From the IMG/VR virus record IMGVR_UViG_3300027566_000022, positions 1-33,962 of that record: a DNA stretch of 33,962 nt. One strand, given 5' to 3'. The position numbers were made by a program, and so were the translations under genes. Shown in pieces: positions 27,249 through 33,962 of the stretch. The stretch comes from a virus. Lineage: Duplodnaviria; Caudoviricetes. The notes under the pieces were generated by a model. It was not told the DNA's origin. It worked only from the letters and a program-made list of their open reading frames with translations, and ran no database searches. The first letter of the stretch is position 1. Every line of letters begins with the position of its first letter.

Positions 27249-27781
27249 GCACTAATGGCACTGTCATTACCGGGCGCAACCTGGGCGGCTTGCAATTTGC
27301 GGTGGTCGTGGAGGAGCAGCACGAAGATAAGCTGACGATCACCGAGCACCCTGTGGAGCAAGGCGCAAAGATCAACGACCACGCCTATGTTATGCCAGCC
27401 ACTGTTACCATACGCGCGGGCGTGTCAGACACGGCCGGAGAGGGTAAGGCGCGGGAGATGTACGACAAGCTGCTGGACCTGATGCGCAAGCGCGAACCAA
27501 TCAGCATCGTTACCGGCAAACGCCTGTACGACAACATGCTGGTGGAAGGCGTGAGCTGCACTACTGATAAGGCAACCGAAAAAGCCCTGCTTGTGACCGC
27601 CAATTGCAAGGAGGTCATTATTGTGCGTACGCAAACCGCCAGTGTGCCGCCGCGCAGCAGACACAAAAACGCCGCCAAAACGGGCGGCGTGAGCGATAAA
27701 GGACAGAAACAGCCCAATAGTATTTTAAATGCCAGTGCTGGCAGCGGCGGCTACACTCGCCCCGGCGGCGCTGCAAATTAA
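27245..27781 (+). CDS. Baseplate / tail-tube initiator (Dit-like)
   Basis: EEQHEDKLTITEHPVEQGAKINDHAY, VTGKRLYDNML. Confidence 0.78.
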   Translation: MSTNGTVITGRNLGGLQFAVVVEEQHEDKLTITEHPVEQGAKINDHAYVMPATVTIRAGVSDTAGEGKAREMYDKLLDLMRKREPISIVTGKRLYDNMLVEGVSCTTDKATEKALLVTANCKEVIIVRTQTASVPPRSRHKNAAKTGGVSDKGQKQPNSILNASAGSGGYTRPGGAAN

Positions 27782-27801
27782 CAGCCCGTTTGGAAAGAAT
27801 T

Positions 27802-27838
27802 AAACGCAACACCCCATATCCATGAGGTGTTGCGTTTT
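27802..27838. terminator. Terminator between the convergent tail operon and moron
   Basis: 12-bp stem AAACGCAACACC(27802-27813)/GGTGTTGCGTTT(27826-27837). Confidence 0.75.
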
Positions 27839-27842
27839 GATC

Positions 27843-28133
27843 TTAATTGGCGAGGAGTTTTCCCTGGCCGTCAGTAAATTTACCGCAAATCAGCATTACC
27901 AAGTCAATAAGCGCCCAGATGCCCAATCCCCCCAATGTAAGCAGCTGCACAACCCCTGTGCCAATTTTTCCTACGTAGAACCGATGCACTCCGAGTACTC
28001 CGAGGAAAAAACACAAAAGGATCCCAGCCACCTTGCTTTTGGGGCTAACATTGACCGCTACTACTGGTTGCCCACAGCCAGGGCAGGCATGAGCCTCGTC
28101 GGAAATTTCCTTTCCACAATTTTTGCAGAACAT
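27843..28133 (-). CDS. Zinc-ribbon + TM2-domain membrane protein
   Basis: CKNCG...CPGCG; KSKVAGILLCFFLGVLGVHRFYVGK...TLGGLGIWALIDL; GGGAGG RBS. Confidence 0.9.
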   Translation of the reverse strand: MFCKNCGKEISDEAHACPGCGQPVVAVNVSPKSKVAGILLCFFLGVLGVHRFYVGKIGTGVVQLLTLGGLGIWALIDLVMLICGKFTDGQGKLLAN

Positions 28134-28157
28134 CCTTCCTCCCTAGGGTATTTAGCC

Positions 28158-28664
28158 TTACTGAAAATATATATGCACTTTCTGGTTACGCTGCAATCGT
28201 CTCCATGTCCAGGGGGGTATCGGGTTATCCGCAGACCAGAGGCCACGTTTTGCAGCCTTGGCATTTGCCTGATGCTGCCGCCAGTTGTCGCACTCTGGCC
28301 GTTTGCAGTAACGGCCATCCACCCGCGCCATGCCAGCGTTTACGAGTGCATCTTCCAGCGTTGACCCATTAGCCAGCAAAACTACCGCGACCTCACGCTT
28401 GTAGGACTTGCGCGCTTGGGCCGGGATGATCTCCACCCGCCGCCCACTAAGTAGCTTGGTTGTCATATCGCGGGCCTCTGCGCCGTAAGGCTGCCCAAGT
28501 TCCGGGCAATCCACGCCATACACGCGAATTGACACGGCCTCACCTTCTGCCGATTGCACGCGCACGGTATCGCCGTCATGGACCGTCAACACTTCACCAG
28601 GCCAGGCAATTGCGCTTGCTGGCATGACCAGAACTAGCCAAAAGATCAAAGCCCGTAAGTGCAT
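28158..28664 (-). CDS. Secreted thermonuclease (SNase family)
   Basis: Signal peptide ending AIA-W; VHDGDT, IRVYGVDCPE, QPYG, LVNAGMA, AKRGLW, PPWTWR. Confidence 0.92.
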   Translation of the reverse strand: MHLRALIFWLVLVMPASAIAWPGEVLTVHDGDTVRVQSAEGEAVSIRVYGVDCPELGQPYGAEARDMTTKLLSGRRVEIIPAQARKSYKREVAVVLLANGSTLEDALVNAGMARVDGRYCKRPECDNWRQHQANAKAAKRGLWSADNPIPPWTWRRLQRNQKVHIYFQ

Positions 28665-28709
28665 AATCTTTCCCCAATAAGTATCACAGTAATATTCAAG
28701 CAGTTGTTA

Positions 28710-28757
28710 CCCCGAACAAGTTCGGGGTGTCCACTTACCATATCCATTCAGTACAGT
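28710..28757 (+). promoter_or_regulatory. Late promoter 3 (baseplate genes)
   Basis: CCCCGAACAAGTTCGGGGTG 28710-28729; TACAGT 28752-28757. Confidence 0.78.
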
Positions 28758-28763
28758 GCCCTT

Positions 28764-29087
28764 ATGGCACTGTACGAAATACCCCTCACTCCTGAACCGC
28801 AAGCCTTTGGTATCAGTCTGGCCGGACGCTTCCTGCGCCTGGTGCTGCGCTGGGCCGAAAGCCCGGCAGCGGATGTCCCCGGCGGCTGGATGCTGGATAT
28901 TCTTGATCAACCTGACGACACCATCCCCCTGATTTGCGGCATTCCCCTGGTAGCTGGCTGCGACCTTTTGGCCCCCTATGCCTATCTTGAGCTGGGCGGC
29001 GCATTGTACATCTCCGGAGATATGCCGCCCACACTGGATAATTTGGGCGATACCGTACTGCTTATTTTTGAAACGGAGGACGCATGA
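28764..29087 (+). CDS. Small baseplate protein
   Basis: ATG 28764 (MALYEIPLTPEPQAF); GWMLDI, GIPLVAGCDLL..Y.YL. Confidence 0.75.
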   Translation: MALYEIPLTPEPQAFGISLAGRFLRLVLRWAESPAADVPGGWMLDILDQPDDTIPLICGIPLVAGCDLLAPYAYLELGGALYISGDMPPTLDNLGDTVLLIFETEDA

Positions 29088-30016
29088 GCGCCAAGAACAA
29101 AGACGAAGAGGGGAGGTGTTGGCTACGGGCCTGCTCACTGGTTGTGGGGAGCAACTCCGGTAGCGGGCTGGATCTGTCCGAACTGCGCATCACGTTCAAG
29201 ACCAAGAAAGGCGACATGGAAACGCCAAATAGCGCGGAAATAAACGTTTATAACCTGTCAGAAGCCACGGCCAGCAGGATACAACGCGAATTTACGCAAG
29301 TGCTTTTGTCCGCCGGATATGTTGGCAATTCCGGGCTTATCTTCCGGGGTAACATCCGCCAGGTTCGCACGTGGCGTGAAAACGGCGTGGATACGGTGCT
29401 GGCTATATTAGCGGCCGATGGCGACCGTGCCTACAATTTTGCCACGGTCAACACCACTCTGGCGGCGGGCAGTCTACCTGCTGATAGGGTGCGAGTGTGC
29501 CAGGGCAGCATGGCGGATAAGGGTACAGAGGCGGGATATACCCCCGACCTCGGTGGGCAGGCGCTGCCGCGCGGCGTGGTCATGTACGGCATGGCCAGGC
29601 AGTACATGAGAGATGAGGCGCAAAACACCGGCACGGACTGGAGCATACAGGACGGCAAGGTGCAGATGGTGCCGCGCAAGGGCTATTTGCCGGGACAGGC
29701 AGTGCTGCTGACCCACGAGACGGGTCTGATCGGCACGCCAGAGCAGACTCAGGAAGGCATAACCGTGCGCTCTCTGTTGCTGCCTAATTTGCGCATCGGC
29801 GGCCGTATCAAGCTGGACAATAAGAGCGTCAAACGTATGCAAAGCCCGCTCAAGATGGCCGCTGGGCAAACCGCCCCACGCCTGGATGACGACGGCGTGT
29901 ATCGCATCTTGAAGGTCGAATTTTCCGGCGACACACGCGGGAACGATTGGTATGCGGATATGCTGTGTATTGGCATTGACGACACCATGCGCCTGCCGCT
30001 GGATATAGCGAGGTAA
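29084..30016 (+). CDS. Baseplate hub protein
   Basis: TPNSAEINVYNLS, LSAGY, AADGD, WSIQDG, TGLIGTP, GDTRGNDWY. Confidence 0.8.
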   Translation: MSAKNKDEEGRCWLRACSLVVGSNSGSGLDLSELRITFKTKKGDMETPNSAEINVYNLSEATASRIQREFTQVLLSAGYVGNSGLIFRGNIRQVRTWRENGVDTVLAILAADGDRAYNFATVNTTLAAGSLPADRVRVCQGSMADKGTEAGYTPDLGGQALPRGVVMYGMARQYMRDEAQNTGTDWSIQDGKVQMVPRKGYLPGQAVLLTHETGLIGTPEQTQEGITVRSLLLPNLRIGGRIKLDNKSVKRMQSPLKMAAGQTAPRLDDDGVYRILKVEFSGDTRGNDWYADMLCIGIDDTMRLPLDIAR

Positions 30017-30021
30017 ATAAT

Positions 30022-30798
30022 ATGGATAGAAGCGAACGGCAGAATGATCCCATCGAGAGCCAGCGCCTAGCGCAAGAAGGTCATCAGGCCCAAATGTGGA
30101 CGGCCCTGCCTGGTATTGTGACAGGCTTTGATCCTGTGGCCATGACCGTGAGCGTGCAGCCCGCCGTGCAAGGCAGCGTGCGGGACGAAAGCGGAAAAAG
30201 CAAAAACGTGCAGATGCCACTTCTGGTGGACGTGCCCGTGGTGTTTGTGTGCGGGGGCGGCTTCAGTCTAACGTATCCGGTTAAAGCTGGAGATGAAGCC
30301 CTGGTAGTGTTTGCCAGTCGCTGCATAGATGGCTGGTGGCAAGGTGGTGAATCCACGCCGCCACCCAGCGGGCGCATGCATGATCTCTCGGACGGTATGG
30401 CCATCATTGGCCCAAGATCACAGGCAAAAAAACTAGACCCCCCAGTGGACAAGGAAAACGTCCAGTTGAGGACAGATGATGGCAAGGCCACCCTGACCAT
30501 GAAGCCCGATTATACAATTGAAACCAAAAACCCGCAAGCCACAGTAACACTTACACCTGCTGGTGCAATCACGCTGGAGGCGGCAGCACAGGTGACAATT
30601 AAGGCCCCACAGATCACCCTGGAGGGCAATGTCACCACCACCGGGGCAGGCGGCGAAGCTGGCACGGTGCAAATGAAGGGCACGATTGCCCTTGATGGCT
30701 CCCTCACATCCACGGGCGATCAGGTGGCCGAAGGCAAAAGTACAGCCCATCATACACATCCTGGCGATAGTGGTGGGACAACGGGAGAACCCAAATAA
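30022..30798 (+). CDS. Baseplate central spike (gpV/Gp138-like)
   Basis: WTALPGIV, DVPVVF..GGG, RCIDGWW, RMHDLSDG; C-terminal HTH tripeptide (His-x-His) AHHTHPG. Confidence 0.85.
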   Translation: MDRSERQNDPIESQRLAQEGHQAQMWTALPGIVTGFDPVAMTVSVQPAVQGSVRDESGKSKNVQMPLLVDVPVVFVCGGGFSLTYPVKAGDEALVVFASRCIDGWWQGGESTPPPSGRMHDLSDGMAIIGPRSQAKKLDPPVDKENVQLRTDDGKATLTMKPDYTIETKNPQATVTLTPAGAITLEAAAQVTIKAPQITLEGNVTTTGAGGEAGTVQMKGTIALDGSLTSTGDQVAEGKSTAHHTHPGDSGGTTGEPK

Positions 30799-31151
30799 TG
30801 CGATACCGCAAGCTGGACGCCAAAAATGATTATCAGCTTGGTCATGGCCCGGCAGACTATCATGTTGATACGCCGGAATGCGTGGCTCAGGCCGTCAAAA
30901 CCCGTCTGGCCCTGCTGGCTGGTGAATGGTTTCTGGATCTGACCGAGGGTACACCCTATGTCACCCACGTTTGGGGCAAACATACCAAGGACACCTACGA
31001 TCCGTTGCTGCGCAAGCGCATATTGCAGACAGAGGGTGTGAGCGAGCTTGTGAGCTACGAAAGCACATTTGATCCAAACACACGCAAACTAACGGTATCA
31101 GTCGAGATTAACACCATTTACGGCGGCACAACCGTAAACACCATATTATAA
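30798..31151 (+). CDS. Baseplate wedge / sheath initiator (gp25/W-like)
   Basis: MRYRKLD..DY..G, VAQAVKTRL...GEWFLD..EGTPY, TIYG. Confidence 0.78.
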   Translation: MRYRKLDAKNDYQLGHGPADYHVDTPECVAQAVKTRLALLAGEWFLDLTEGTPYVTHVWGKHTKDTYDPLLRKRILQTEGVSELVSYESTFDPNTRKLTVSVEINTIYGGTTVNTIL

Positions 31152-31160
31152 GGATTCGCT

Positions 31161-32348
31161 ATGGCTGACGGCGCATATATCGACCGCGACGGCATGCACC
31201 TGCCGGACTACGCCACCACGCTGACCGCACTGCAAGCCAAGGTCAAAGCCATTTTTGGCGAGGATCTGTATCTGGAGCCAGATAGCCAGGAGGGCCAGCT
31301 GGTGGCTGTCTTTGCCTTGGCCCAGCAGGACACATATAGCCTGGCAGCCAGCGTTTACAACGCATTCAGCCCGCATACAGCCCAGGGGGCGGGTCTCTCG
31401 CGCATGGTGGTGATTAACGGCATCCGTCGGCAGGCGGCAAGCTATAGTACTGTGATTGTGGTCTGTGTTGGCACTGCGGGCACCATCATCAATGGGGGCA
31501 TTGTAGAGGATACCGCCGGACAAAAGTGGGATATGCCCGCAACCGTCACCATCCCTACGTCAGGCGAGATAAGCGTTACAGCCACTGCCCAAGACATCGG
31601 CGATGTGCGCGCCGCAGCTGGCGAAGTCAATAAAATTGCCACGCCCTGCCGTGGCTGGCAGAGCGTCAACAATCCCCTAGCTGCCACACCAGGTGCGGCA
31701 GTTGAGACGGACGCTACACTGCGCACCCGCCAGGCGGTATCTACGGCACTGCCCAGCCGCACAGTTTTTGAAGGCACGTTGGGGGCCGTGGCAAACCTTG
31801 AGGGCGTCAGCCGATGGCGCGGCTATGAAAACGACACCTCCACCGTTGACGCTAACGGCCTGCCCCCACACAGCATCTGTCTGGTTGTGGAGGGAGGCGA
31901 CAACGCGGCCATAGCCGAGGCCATCGCCCTCAAAAAAACGCCGGGCTGCTACACACGCGGTGACGTGGAGGTTATGACGCGGGACGCCAAGGGGCTGCCC
32001 AATGCTATACGATTTTATCGCCCCACGGCGGTACGTGTGCGGCTGCGCGTCACTCTCAAGCCACTAGCAGGATATTTATCCACCACGGGGGCAGCCATAA
32101 AGGCCAATCTGGCGAAATATATAAACGCTATGGCCATAGGCGATGATGTGCTGGCCAGTCGCCTGCTTACACCCATCAACGCGGCTGACGCGTCCGGCTC
32201 AAGGACGTTTGACGTGTTGTCCATCGCGTATACCACAGGCGACCTGGACGATGCATCTGCCACGTGGACGGAGGGCAATATCCCCATTGCCTTTAACGCC
32301 GCCGCAACATGCAAGCTGGCTGACATCAGCCTGCCGGGGGTTGAGTGA
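31161..32348 (+). CDS. Baseplate J-like protein
   Basis: IFGEDLYLEPDSQEGQL, AQGAGLS..V.INGI.R, ETDATLRTRQ, YENDT, LPPHSI..VVEGG. Confidence 0.88.
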   Translation: MADGAYIDRDGMHLPDYATTLTALQAKVKAIFGEDLYLEPDSQEGQLVAVFALAQQDTYSLAASVYNAFSPHTAQGAGLSRMVVINGIRRQAASYSTVIVVCVGTAGTIINGGIVEDTAGQKWDMPATVTIPTSGEISVTATAQDIGDVRAAAGEVNKIATPCRGWQSVNNPLAATPGAAVETDATLRTRQAVSTALPSRTVFEGTLGAVANLEGVSRWRGYENDTSTVDANGLPPHSICLVVEGGDNAAIAEAIALKKTPGCYTRGDVEVMTRDAKGLPNAIRFYRPTAVRVRLRVTLKPLAGYLSTTGAAIKANLAKYINAMAIGDDVLASRLLTPINAADASGSRTFDVLSIAYTTGDLDDASATWTEGNIPIAFNAAATCKLADISLPGVE

Positions 32349-33016
32349 TGGCTGATAACGCCTACCCCGGCCTCGTAACCAGCCAGCACCAGCAGCCGCG
32401 ATTTACGGCCCTGGTTGCTGTGCTGACGCAGCCGCTGGTTGACGCCCAGGCGCTGCTGGCAACATTGCCCACCGCCTTTGACGTGGACACAGCCGTGGGA
32501 GTGCAGCTTGATGCCGTTGGCTTGTGGGCGGGCATTACACGAGTGCTGCGCGTGCCCCTATCGGGCGTGTATTTTGCTTGGGGCGCTGAAGGCGTCGGCT
32601 GGGCGCAAGGCATCTGGAAAGGCCCGTATGACCCAGAAAGTGGTCTTACGAGCCTGCCGGATGACGTATTTCGGCGACTGATTAAAGCGCGCATTGCCGC
32701 CAATGCTTGGGACGGTTCAATACCGGGGGCTTATGATGTGTGGGAATCCGCGTTTGCAGATACAGGCAGCATCATAATGATACAGGATAACCAGGACATG
32801 AGCATGGTTGTCGGAATTGCGGGCATGCGACCAGATGCCGTTACCCAGGCTTTGCTCATGGGCAATTACATTCCACTCAAGCCCGAAGGTGTGCGCGTGA
32901 GCTGGTATGCCGTTACGCAAGATGGCGGCCCGCTGATGGCCTGGGGTTGTCAGTCAGATGGGCTAGCTGGCTGGGGCGCGGGCAGATGGCCCATTGTGCT
33001 AAGGCCAGCCGAGTAG
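32348..33016 (+). CDS. DUF2612 baseplate protein
   Basis: AFDVDTAVGVQLDAVGLWAGITR, LPDDVFRRLIKARI..N.WDG, DNQDMSM. Confidence 0.83.
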   Translation: MADNAYPGLVTSQHQQPRFTALVAVLTQPLVDAQALLATLPTAFDVDTAVGVQLDAVGLWAGITRVLRVPLSGVYFAWGAEGVGWAQGIWKGPYDPESGLTSLPDDVFRRLIKARIAANAWDGSIPGAYDVWESAFADTGSIIMIQDNQDMSMVVGIAGMRPDAVTQALLMGNYIPLKPEGVRVSWYAVTQDGGPLMAWGCQSDGLAGWGAGRWPIVLRPAE

Positions 33017-33064
33017 CCCCGAACTATATCGGGGTGGCTGCTGTAAGCCGTCCCCGGTTACACC
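33017..33064 (+). promoter_or_regulatory. Late promoter 4 (tail fibre)
   Basis: CCCCGAACTATATCGGGGTG 33017-33036; TACACC 33059-33064 mostly in the loop of GTCCCCGG/CCGGGGAC. Confidence 0.72.
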
Positions 33065-33082
33065 GGGGACACGGAGGACACT

Positions 33083-33962
33083 ATGCCCATTACCAAAGAC
33101 ACTGGCGTAACCGTTGAAGCTGGTGATGTTAACAACGATATTTTGCCGTTTTGCCATCAAGGCGTTGATGGCCGAGATATGCTCGCACAGGCGGACTATG
33201 CCGCTGATCTGCAGCGCACTATTGGCCATCAGCCGGGCATTGCACGACAGGAGCTAGCCAACAAACAGGCCCGGCAGGTCTCACACATGTCCGCTGGCTT
33301 GGCGCAATTTTTGGCCCGTCGCTATGCGGCTGGCGTTAAAGACGATGGCGACCTGGATAAAGTCGAGGCGGCAATTGTTGAGGCCTTATATGCGGTAATC
33401 GGACCGAGTTTGCCAGGTCTGGCCAAGGTAGGCACTCCAGGCATTGTGATGCCCGATGGAACAACCATCGTAATTGATGCTACAGGGAAAATATCCACCA
33501 AAGCCCAGGCCATGGACCCCGTGGGCGGCATCCGCTTTTTTGAAGATGAAGCGCCTCGTGCGGGCTATGTGCCTTGCCTGGGCACTACGATTTCCAATTT
33601 TTCCACGACCTACCCCGAAATGGCTGCATACCTGTCAACAACATATGGAGCCGCGCGCCTGGTTACGCTGGCGCAGTACAATACACTGCACACAGCCATA
33701 TGGGCCACTTTGGCCGATGGTACAACTGTTGGCTGGAACGGCATCGGTGGCGTGACAAAATTTGTGTGGGATAAAACAGCGGACACCCTCAAGATGCCAG
33801 ACCTTCAGGAGATGTTCCGTAGCTCCACAGGTGCGTCTCTCGGCGTGGGAGGCGTGCATGGGGATGCAATAAGAAATATTATTGCCGTGCATCCGGGTGA
33901 CAGCAGAGACGGGTTCGGTGCGCTTAGTGGCGCTGTATACTCCTCATATAATCCCTATTTAG
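33083..33962 (+). CDS. Tail fibre protein, 5' partial (runs off the window)
   Basis: GGAGG RBS, ATG 33083, frame open to the window end; ...GHQPGIARQELANKQARQ... anchor and collar-like MPDLQEMF...GDAIRNI; absent from the ORF track. Confidence 0.85.
   Translation, partial: MPITKDTGVTVEAGDVNNDILPFCHQGVDGRDMLAQADYAADLQRTIGHQPGIARQELANKQARQVSHMSAGLAQFLARRYAAGVKDDGDLDKVEAAIVEALYAVIGPSLPGLAKVGTPGIVMPDGTTIVIDATGKISTKAQAMDPVGGIRFFEDEAPRAGYVPCLGTTISNFSTTYPEMAAYLSTTYGAARLVTLAQYNTLHTAIWATLADGTTVGWNGIGGVTKFVWDKTADTLKMPDLQEMFRSSTGASLGVGGVHGDAIRNIIAVHPGDSRDGFGALSGAVYSSYNPYL

Larger units (their letters stand above)
454..33962 (+). mobile_element. Mu-like transposable prophage with contractile tail; right end beyond the window
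   Basis: DDE transposase + AAA+ ATPase, GemA, Mor, DUF3486-like small terminase, Mu-type TerL, full virion gene set, no tyrosine/serine integrase seen. Left boundary is inferred from a TG dinucleotide preceding phased repeats. Confidence 0.93.

Noticed and set aside
11150-33036. The CCCCGAAC...TCGGGGTG palindromes as CRISPR repeats or REP elements
   Set aside because: They are single copies kilobases apart with no spacers or cas genes, and sit at fixed spacing before operon starts
33083-33962. Invertible tail-fibre segment or diversity-generating retroelement
   Set aside because: No invertase, reverse transcriptase or repeated cassette is visible; the gene is cut by the window edge so this cannot be judged

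Overview
The window opens with a host tRNA-Phe(GAA) and its terminator. From about 454 to the end it is an apparently intact transposable (Mu-like) prophage whose right end lies outside the window. Gene order: S24-type CI repressor, divergent early operon (Ner/Cro-like, DDE transposase A, AAA+ ATPase B, DUF3164, phage HU, GemA, Mor/C activator), lysis cassette, Mu-type small and large terminase, then a head and contractile-tail module that is not Mu-like (DUF1073 portal, MuF, DUF2213, DUF2184 capsid, DUF3383 sheath, DUF3277 tube, baseplate, tail fibre cut by the window edge). Main observations: (1) a complete type II hammerhead ribozyme with pseudoknot in the early operon (8640-8701); (2) a MuF head protein with a C-terminal toxin-like (DUF6883-like) extension followed by a DUF4926-like putative immunity gene; (3) four copies of a CCCCGAAC-N3-WTCGGGGTG late-activator palindrome, each followed by a -10-like hexamer inside a hairpin at the next translation start, two implying leaderless mRNAs; (4) the chimera of Mu transposition with a non-Mu virion; (5) a -1 frameshift tail chaperone missing from the ORF track; (6) an antisense TM2 + thermonuclease moron in the tail operon. 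All family names come from my motif and synteny recognition, not database searches. The host looks Desulfovibrio-like, but that is only an impression.
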